The notes under the pieces: generated by a model
What the model saw: the letters and a program-made list of their open reading frames with translations, nothing else
Databases searched by the model: none
What the model was told of the DNA's origin: nothing
Assembly (NCBI RefSeq): GCF_018350175.1
Contig: NC_058368.1
Location: forward strand, 51,213,815 to 51,277,814
Origin: Felis catus
Taxonomy: Eukaryota
Reading direction: 5' to 3'
DNA length: 64,000 bases
Program-made: the position numbers and the translations under genes
In this document: positions 61,101 to 64,000 of the stretch, piece by piece
Position numbering within the stretch: the stretch's first letter is position 1
Layout: the number at the start of each line of letters is the position of its first letter

Positions 61101-62865
61101 AGAATTTTATAGAATTAAGAATAAAGAATTTTTATAAAAAAATTTCTTGATCTTGGACAGTATAAACAGTTAAAAAATGGGAATTAGTTTAAAGGTAAGT
61201 TCATTAACAAAGGTCAGATATATTTAATTAGATTTAAGTTTCTTAATATTCCTTTGCACCATCTAAGTATTTTAAAAGCCTATTAAAAAATACGAACAAT
61301 GTAAGCAAGAATTACACTTTTAAAAAGCGGTCCTTCATTATTTCTATTTAATAACAAATGTTATCAGCAATGTTTGTCTCTTAAAAGTTGATTTAAATTC
61401 CTACGATATTTAAGTAAATTATATTTTGAAGACTGATTTAAAGTGAGAGCCACCAGTATAATTTAGACACTTTAGAGACTGACAGCATACAATTTGAATT
61501 AAACATGGCTCCAGAACAGACTACTAATGAAGTAGAGTAGTAGTGAATAAACACTGAGATTTTAATTTAAGGATTGATAATGGGAGAGAGAAAAGGACAT
61601 GAAGAAAACACCATCAAGCATCTCCCCTACTTAAGTATGAAGGTCTAGCTCAAGTTAGTTGCAATCTGAGCTACCAGAAATGAGCAAGCAGGCAGTCCCC
61701 AAGTCTGCAGGATAGACCAACACAATAGAGTAGGAAAAGCCAAAAGGAAATCTTGTAGCTAGGCTTCTTTCACATAAATACTTTGTGGAAAGCAATAAAG
61801 ATATCAAACAACATGTGGTTTTATTTTAAACTGAATATCTCCTCTACATTGATGTCATTTTGCATTTTATTGATGATTTCATTATTTCATTTGCTCTGCA
61901 AGTCTAATGATGCTGTATTTGTTCTTCGAAATCAAATCCTATGAATTAGTGTAAATGACATTTTACCGTAAAATTATTTCCATGTAGGCTATCTTCTCCC
62001 TCCTACCCATCATCCCACTTGTATGCTACTTGCTGACAATATGCTGATTTAGAAGGAGTCAGGATCATATGTGTAGAAAAGAAAAGGAATGTGTCTGAAT
62101 TTTAGATGAAATCCAAGTATAAATTATTCTGAAATAATTATTGTTTGGATCGTCCATCATGTTGGTCTCTTCTAATACTGCAGACAAAACCAGCTACACA
62201 CATTTTATTTCTTTGGCTTGGGTTTTTGTTTTCCTTTTTACAACTTTCTGATTTCATTATACATACCAAACCCGAATACAGCCTATTTCACATAATTCTA
62301 AATTAACTAAGATAACATGGCTAAACATTCAAAACCATGTGTATGTAATAAAGCTGACATGTAATATTACTTAAAACATTTTGATTTTAAATGGATCATT
62401 GTGGAAGGTTCCTTTTTGCTCATTAACACTACTATTAATAATAAGTGAATGATAAAAACAATAGTTCTTTTACTAGATACAGTGTCATTGAATTTATGAT
62501 GTGAATTCACAGTGAGTATCTTTAAATAGGAGCAAATAAGCAAAAACTACAAACATAAGCTAAAACTGGTAAAAATGACACTCTAAAAGAACACCTTTGC
62601 AAACATTTTGATTGTTAGTTTTCTCGGAACAAACTTTAATAAAGTTTTGTGGGTGAACAGTAATATAATAAAAATGGTTAAAAGAGAAGGTAATAAAAAT
62701 ATTAAAGTTGGGTAGGTAAAAGACTCACTTTCAAACACCTACCTTTATTATTTCCAAGTCCATAATCAAATCCTTGGGCACTGCAACTTGCCCCTTTATT
62801 AAAAGCTTGCACTGAGAAAGGGCTTGGAGGAGGAGTCTGAGAATTTTGATCCAGAAGAACTTGTT
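3811..62865 (-). CDS. MYCBP2: MYCBP2 E3 ubiquitin-protein ligase, partial multi-exon CDS (30 exons, ~2054 aa of the C-terminal half; 5' exons and terminal exon outside the window)
   Basis: Translations match recalled MYCBP2/PAM motifs ([75 protein letters not shown]). All introns are GT-AG, exon phases are compatible, and the 6162-nt total is divisible by 3. Confidence 0.98.
4619..4726 (-). CDS. MYCBP2: MYCBP2 exon, 108 nt, tandem-cysteine domain mediator loop: [36 protein letters not shown]
   Basis: Manual translation; acceptor CATAG|GCA, donor CAG|GTGGGT; upstream catalytic Cys codon at 4700-4702. Confidence 0.96.
5138..5296 (-). mobile_element. Can-SINE lacking its A-tail
   Basis: Head (ggggcacctgggtggc on the minus strand) and body present; no poly(A) tail and no TSD seen. 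Confidence 0.85.
6136..6345 (-). CDS. MYCBP2: MYCBP2 exon, 210 nt: [34 protein letters not shown]...[11 protein letters not shown]
   Basis: Acceptor TTCAG|AAC, donor AAG|GTATGC; ORF 6079..6264. Confidence 0.96.
7516..7623 (-). CDS. MYCBP2: MYCBP2 exon, 108 nt, RING-H2: [36 protein letters not shown]
   Basis: Acceptor TTTAAG|CTG, donor AAG|GTATGG; RING-H2 C-x-H-x2-H...CPIC motif. Confidence 0.97.
8422..8610 (-). CDS. MYCBP2: MYCBP2 exon, 189 nt: [63 protein letters not shown] (start of RING-H2)
   Basis: Manual translation; acceptor AATAG|GAA, donor CAG|GTTGTC; CxxC of the RING. Confidence 0.96.
8805..8999 (-). mobile_element. 5'-truncated carnivore/feline L1 3'-end fragment
   Basis: L1 3'UTR-like text (catcccgacaagtgccccc...aatgcccatcaccca...cagtttgttct); short repeat taatttt at both ends. 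Confidence 0.75.
9474..9687 (-). mobile_element. Can-SINE
   Basis: Perfect 15-bp TSD aagaatttaactctt at 9459-9473 and 9688-9702. Confidence 0.92.
9839..9942 (-). CDS. MYCBP2: MYCBP2 exon, 104 nt: [35 protein letters not shown]
   Basis: Acceptor CCTAG|GC, donor CAG|GTGAGT; ORF 9749..9952. Confidence 0.95.
11130..11262 (-). CDS. MYCBP2: MYCBP2 exon, 133 nt: [44 protein letters not shown]
   Basis: Manual translation; acceptor AATAG|GTC, donor CAG|GTAAAA. Confidence 0.95.
11640..11768 (-). CDS. MYCBP2: MYCBP2 exon, 129 nt, B-box-like zinc finger: [43 protein letters not shown]
   Basis: Manual translation; acceptor TTTTAG|CCT, donor CAG|GTGAAG; Cys/His pattern. Confidence 0.95.
12571..12672 (-). 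CDS. MYCBP2: MYCBP2 exon, 102 nt: [34 protein letters not shown]
   Basis: Manual translation; acceptor AACAG|CTC, donor ATG|GTAAGA. Confidence 0.94.
14233..14352 (-). CDS. MYCBP2: MYCBP2 exon, 120 nt: [40 protein letters not shown]
   Basis: Acceptor AATAG|GGT, donor AGG|GTACGA; ORF 14116..14325. Confidence 0.94.
15027..15243 (-). mobile_element. Can-SINE
   Basis: Typical body; imperfect TSD tgctat(t/c)aatttctt. Confidence 0.9.
15279..15540 (+). mobile_element. Can-SINE (different, older-looking subfamily) containing (ATTC)n, (CT)n and (AAAAC)n
   Basis: Head gggcgcctgggtggctcagtcg; pyrimidine tract; A-rich tail. Confidence 0.88.
16161..16257 (-). CDS. MYCBP2: MYCBP2 exon, 97 nt: [32 protein letters not shown]
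   Basis: Manual translation; acceptor TTGTAG|T, donor GCA|GTGAGT. Confidence 0.93.
16330..17460 (-). mobile_element. Degenerate old L1 (L1M-type) fragments
   Basis: Text resembling reverse-strand L1 ORF2/3' region (tctagaagtagaattggtaggtcaaagg; ttttgtatatggtgtgagatagggg); boundaries approximate. Confidence 0.55.
17600..17883 (-). CDS. MYCBP2: MYCBP2 exon, 284 nt: [23 protein letters not shown]...[10 protein letters not shown]
   Basis: Acceptor ATCAG|GTA, donor CAG|GTTGGT; ORF 17566..17943. Confidence 0.96.
18099..18321 (+). mobile_element. Can-SINE, antisense to MYCBP2
   Basis: Head gggcacctgggtgggtcag; TSD aagattaaaga on both sides. Confidence 0.9.
18609..18875 (-). CDS. MYCBP2: MYCBP2 exon, 267 nt: [22 protein letters not shown]...ASPRVQRQ
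   Basis: Acceptor TATAG|GTG, donor CAG|GTGACT; ORF 18540..18875. Confidence 0.96.
19170..19349. mobile_element. MER104-like non-autonomous DNA transposon (TcMar-Tc2) relic
   Basis: Imperfect terminal inverted repeats ccatattttatcacttctaag ... ttaagattcaatgaaacactg resemble the recalled MER104 consensus. Confidence 0.55.
19878..19958 (-). CDS. MYCBP2: MYCBP2 exon, 81 nt: [27 protein letters not shown]
   Basis: Manual translation; acceptor TGTAAAAG|GCA, donor CAG|GTTAGT. Confidence 0.92.
21480..21660 (-). mobile_element. L1 3'-end fragment nested in opposite orientation inside the larger L1
   Basis: Poly-T start followed by tacaattcaatgg...cattttcatcaccccaaaaagaaac, typical of reverse-strand L1MA/MB 3' ends. 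Confidence 0.65.
22250..22455 (-). mobile_element. Can-SINE nested in L1
   Basis: Typical body on the minus strand; flanks similar to ttag(t/g)gatcaatt. Confidence 0.85.
23135..23340 (+). mobile_element. Can-SINE nested in L1, antisense to MYCBP2
   Basis: Head ggggtgccgggatggctcag; poly(A) tail; TSD aagaaaaaa(a)acag. Confidence 0.9.
25137..25360 (+). mobile_element. Can-SINE, antisense to MYCBP2
   Basis: Head ggggtgcctgggtggctcag; poly(A); TSD aaatttcaag. Confidence 0.9.
25977..26075 (-). CDS. MYCBP2: MYCBP2 exon, 99 nt: [33 protein letters not shown]
   Basis: Acceptor ATCAG|GTA, donor AAT|GTATTT (an alternative in-frame donor lies 9 nt upstream); ORF 25878..26144. Confidence 0.9.
26392..26631 (-). 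CDS. MYCBP2: MYCBP2 exon, 240 nt: [43 protein letters not shown]...VFRLITSQ (end of DOC domain)
   Basis: Manual translation; acceptor GCTAG|GTT, donor CAA|GTGAGT. Confidence 0.94.
26830..26897. repeat. Perfect 33-bp direct duplication (period 35)
   Basis: aagtgaggttaacccaggttgaaggattctcag at 26830-26862 and 26865-26897. Confidence 0.95.
27948..28013 (-). CDS. MYCBP2: MYCBP2 exon, 66 nt: [22 protein letters not shown] (DOC domain)
   Basis: Manual translation; acceptor TTTTAG|AAT, donor CAG|GTAATT. Confidence 0.92.
28173..28396 (-). mobile_element. Can-SINE
   Basis: Typical body; TSD caaccacattctt at 28160-28172 and 28409-28421. Confidence 0.9.
29512..29655 (-). mobile_element. 5'-truncated Can-SINE with expanded (GA)n
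   Basis: Tail and CT tract only; perfect 17-bp TSD agcaagccacatccatt at 29495-29511 and 29656-29672. Confidence 0.9.
30417..30641 (-). CDS. MYCBP2: MYCBP2 exon, 225 nt, start of DOC/APC10 domain: [47 protein letters not shown]...DNSRDLG
   Basis: Acceptor GGTAG|GAA, donor GGG|GTAAGA; DOC-like motif [12 protein letters not shown]. Confidence 0.95.
30843..30999 (-). CDS. MYCBP2: MYCBP2 exon, 157 nt: [52 protein letters not shown]
   Basis: Acceptor TTTTAG|G, donor CAG|GTCAGT; ORF 30831..31055. Confidence 0.95.
32041..32201 (-). CDS. MYCBP2: MYCBP2 exon, 161 nt: [53 protein letters not shown]
   Basis: Manual translation; acceptor CTTAG|GAG, donor AAG|GTAATC. Confidence 0.94.
32505..32615 (+). 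mobile_element. MLT1-like (ERVL-MaLR) LTR 3' fragment
   Basis: tgctgacccacagag...ttttcatccattgagttttagggtggtctgttatgcag resembles the recalled MLT1 LTR end. Confidence 0.6.
33143..33292 (-). CDS. MYCBP2: MYCBP2 exon, 150 nt: [50 protein letters not shown]
   Basis: Manual translation; acceptor TTCAG|GCT, donor CAA|GTAAGT. Confidence 0.94.
34147..34346 (-). CDS. MYCBP2: MYCBP2 exon, 200 nt: [21 protein letters not shown]...ACRVFAME
   Basis: Acceptor ATAG|AAG (NAGNAG), donor GAG|GTATGA; ORF 34141..34329. Confidence 0.94.
35169..35315 (+). mobile_element. Short Can-SINE with reduced CT tract, antisense to MYCBP2
   Basis: Head ggggcgcctgggtggctcag; TSD aaaa(t/c)taatccatttc. Confidence 0.88.
35411..35568 (-). 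CDS. MYCBP2: MYCBP2 exon, 158 nt: [52 protein letters not shown]
   Basis: Acceptor CTACAG|T, donor CTG|GTAAGT; ORF 35346..35567. Confidence 0.95.
36307..36535 (-). mobile_element. Young Can-SINE (SINEC_Fc-like)
   Basis: CpG-rich body; TSD tgaggcatttt at 36296-36306 and 36536-36546; internal 6-bp duplication gagatcgagatc. Confidence 0.92.
37123..37313 (-). mobile_element. MER20 (hAT-Charlie) DNA transposon relic
   Basis: gggctgtcttgtgtactgtaggatgtttagcaacat...tgagaaccactg matches the reverse complement of the recalled MER20 consensus. Confidence 0.75.
37746..37954 (-). mobile_element. Can-SINE flanked by a ~60-bp direct duplication
   Basis: Typical body; flanks 37687-37745 and 37967-38025 are identical at 55 of 59 positions. 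Confidence 0.9.
38213..38440 (-). mobile_element. Can-SINE
   Basis: Typical body; TSD atacattttc. Confidence 0.9.
40409..40576 (-). CDS. MYCBP2: MYCBP2 exon, 168 nt: [55 protein letters not shown]
   Basis: Manual translation; acceptor TGCAG|G, donor AAG|GTATTT; phase 2-2 fits its neighbours. Confidence 0.93.
42561..42805 (-). CDS. MYCBP2: MYCBP2 exon, 245 nt: [24 protein letters not shown]...PCLYLQTLA
   Basis: Acceptor GCCAG|GTC, donor TAG|GTAATA; overlaps ORF 42557..42781. Confidence 0.95.
43087..43130. repeat. (TG)22 microsatellite
   Basis: Perfect TG dinucleotide run. Confidence 0.97.
43566..43735 (-). CDS. MYCBP2: MYCBP2 exon, 170 nt: [57 protein letters not shown]
   Basis: Acceptor TTTGAAG|GT, donor AAG|GTATTT; within ORF 43515..43778. 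Confidence 0.95.
44619..46262 (-). CDS. MYCBP2: MYCBP2 large exon, 1644 nt, phase 1-1: [12 protein letters not shown]...HMRQAHP (Ser/Lys-rich low-complexity region)
   Basis: 557-aa ORF 44602..46275; acceptor ATACAG|GT, donor CAG|GTAAAC. Confidence 0.97.
48944..49031 (+). mobile_element. Very short 5'-truncated carnivore L1 3' end
   Basis: ggatcactgggttctattcctaaaaccaacactatactgtatgttaaataactt followed by an A-rich tail; flanks similar to aa(a/c)cattttg. Confidence 0.7.
50362..50463 (-). CDS. MYCBP2: MYCBP2 probable cassette exon, 102 nt, phase 1-1: [34 protein letters not shown]
   Basis: Acceptor CACTATAG|AA with long pyrimidine tract, donor AGG|GTGGGT; open frame; peptide resembles a recalled MYCBP2 isoform segment; not in the ORF track. 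Confidence 0.8.
51500..51970. mobile_element. L2 (LINE2) relic
   Basis: Purine-rich degenerate text (gctctcatggaacttat; agagccctgggac-like; ggagtgggttcaagagagaa) typical of L2. Similar relics lie near 465-600 and 5300-5910. Confidence 0.55.
52593..52812 (-). mobile_element. Very young SINEC_Fc-like Can-SINE
   Basis: Nearly all CpGs intact; perfect TSD tgatatagttaacttttt at 52575-52592 and 52813-52830. Confidence 0.93.
53510..53716 (-). mobile_element. Can-SINE
   Basis: Typical body; TSD ata(c/t)attctttt. Confidence 0.9.
57604..57663 (-). mobile_element. Internally deleted (~60 bp) Can-SINE remnant with TSD
   Basis: Poly-T and tail aagtttatttactttgagagagag joined to gtgcccc head-like ends; TSD tgtagcc(g/a)tcttcta at 57589-57603 and 57664-57678. 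Confidence 0.75.
58240..58466 (-). mobile_element. Can-SINE (SINEC_Fc-like)
   Basis: Typical body, long poly-T; TSD approximately cactttt. Confidence 0.9.
59320..59350. repeat. (CAA)n microsatellite; poly(A) run nearby at 59158-59182
   Basis: About 9 consecutive AAC units. Confidence 0.93.
59903..60058 (-). CDS. MYCBP2: MYCBP2 exon, 156 nt, phase 1-1: [52 protein letters not shown]
   Basis: Acceptor CTGCAG|GT, donor AGA|GTAAGT; lies within ORF 59829..60080. Confidence 0.9.
62743..62865 (-). CDS. MYCBP2: MYCBP2 exon, 123 nt, phase 1-1: (E)[40 protein letters not shown]
   Basis: Acceptor TTATAG|AA, donor AAG|GTAGGT; open frame; not in the ORF track. Confidence 0.9.
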
Positions 62866-64000
62866 CTATAATAAAAGACACAGCTATAAAATTAGTTTCT
62901 TATATGCTATTCCCCTATTAATAGAATGAAGAGAAAGTTGCCAAGAAATACTTTATGATGGTTAGATTTTAAAACCTCACATTTAGATTTGATAATAAGT
63001 CTAACAATTAGGTCATTGATACTGACAAATTATACGACAAATCTTTGTTTTCATTATCAAATACACAGTGAAACTTAGAAACTGGATATGGTCTTATGAA
63101 GCCAATTTACTTTCATTGTGGCTGGATACATCATTGAATGCATACTAGTATTTTTGGACCAGGAGCTCCAATTTGTGACAGATTTATACAAGAGCACTTT
63201 ATAAAATAAAAATGGGTACCCTATAAACCAGAAATCAAAATATTTTGTATATTAGCACTCAAATAGAAATGTCTAAATATATGCTCTTTTTTTTCCTATT
63301 TGAATGCTAATACACAAAATATTTTTAGTTCTGAATGTAAAAATTGTGGAAAATTTAACTTTTGACTTATTTTTACTTATTATATAAGGACATTTCCTCT
63401 AAATGAAAGGATGATAAATCAGGTCACATAGAGCTATTCACACATGCTCAAGTCAATAAATTTATCGTAATTCTTATTTCAAGGAAAAAAGGCAAGTATT
63501 TCATCCAGTTTACAACATAAATTAATAAACTAAGGTATCCTTTATTATCAATGAGATGGCCATAAGACCTTGTATGATATAATACTAAAAACACAAATAC
63601 CATAATTCAATAGTCATATTAATGCCAGCTAAAAAAGGGCAAAATAAAATCTGTCAAATGCAAGGTAAAAGGAGAAAAAGTATCTATTCTATCAAAACAA
63701 CTTTACAGATAATGAAGTCTTGAGTATATTTTTCAGAAATCAAGATCTCTTCAAAAAGAAAATGGAACTAGAAAATGTGGTGTTTTCTTCCACTTGCATT
63801 TTCCTTTCACTTACATTTCTAGACTTTTTTCAAGAAGTCAATCCCCCAGCACTTCCCTTAGGCAATAGTGTTTAGTGTCAGATATTTCAGCAGTGGAATA
63901 GGTTTTCTGGAAAATACTCAGGAACACTAATCTGAATGGGAAAGACAGCATCCCTCTCACCCTCTAGACTCAGAATGGTCTCAGCATCAAGTATAAGGTC

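Noticed and set aside
1..64000. Novel gene cluster, CRISPR array or prokaryotic-type system
   Set aside because: The window is explained by a spliced mammalian gene plus repeats; I saw no repeat-spacer array, operon-like ORFs or foreign-composition insert.

Overview
AT-rich mammalian genomic DNA from a felid (cat family), inferred from about 20 tRNA-derived Can-SINEs of feline type and carnivore L1 3' ends. The window lies within the 3' half of MYCBP2 (PAM/PHR1; Highwire/RPM-1 family giant E3 ubiquitin ligase) on the minus strand. I traced 30 GT-AG coding exons from 62865 down to 3811. They total 6162 nt (2054 codons) and splice into one uninterrupted frame covering the Ser/Lys-rich linker, DOC/APC10 domain, B-box-like zinc finger, RING-H2 and the tandem-cysteine (RING-Cys-Relay) domain, with both catalytic Cys codons intact. 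The terminal exon and all upstream exons lie outside the window. Introns carry Can-SINEs (mostly with target-site duplications), old and young L1 fragments, L2, MIR, MER20, a MER104-like element, an MLT1 LTR fragment and microsatellites. I found no CRISPR array, prokaryotic-type system or convincing novel gene. The best second-look items are splicing-related (a run of frame-symmetric cassette exons, a long AG-exclusion zone with YGCY motifs, NAGNAG and tandem-donor sites, candidate poison exons) and some atypical SINE insertions (a ~60-bp target duplication, an internally deleted SINE, inverted pairs, a strand bias). Repeat family names and boundaries come from visual recognition and are approximate.
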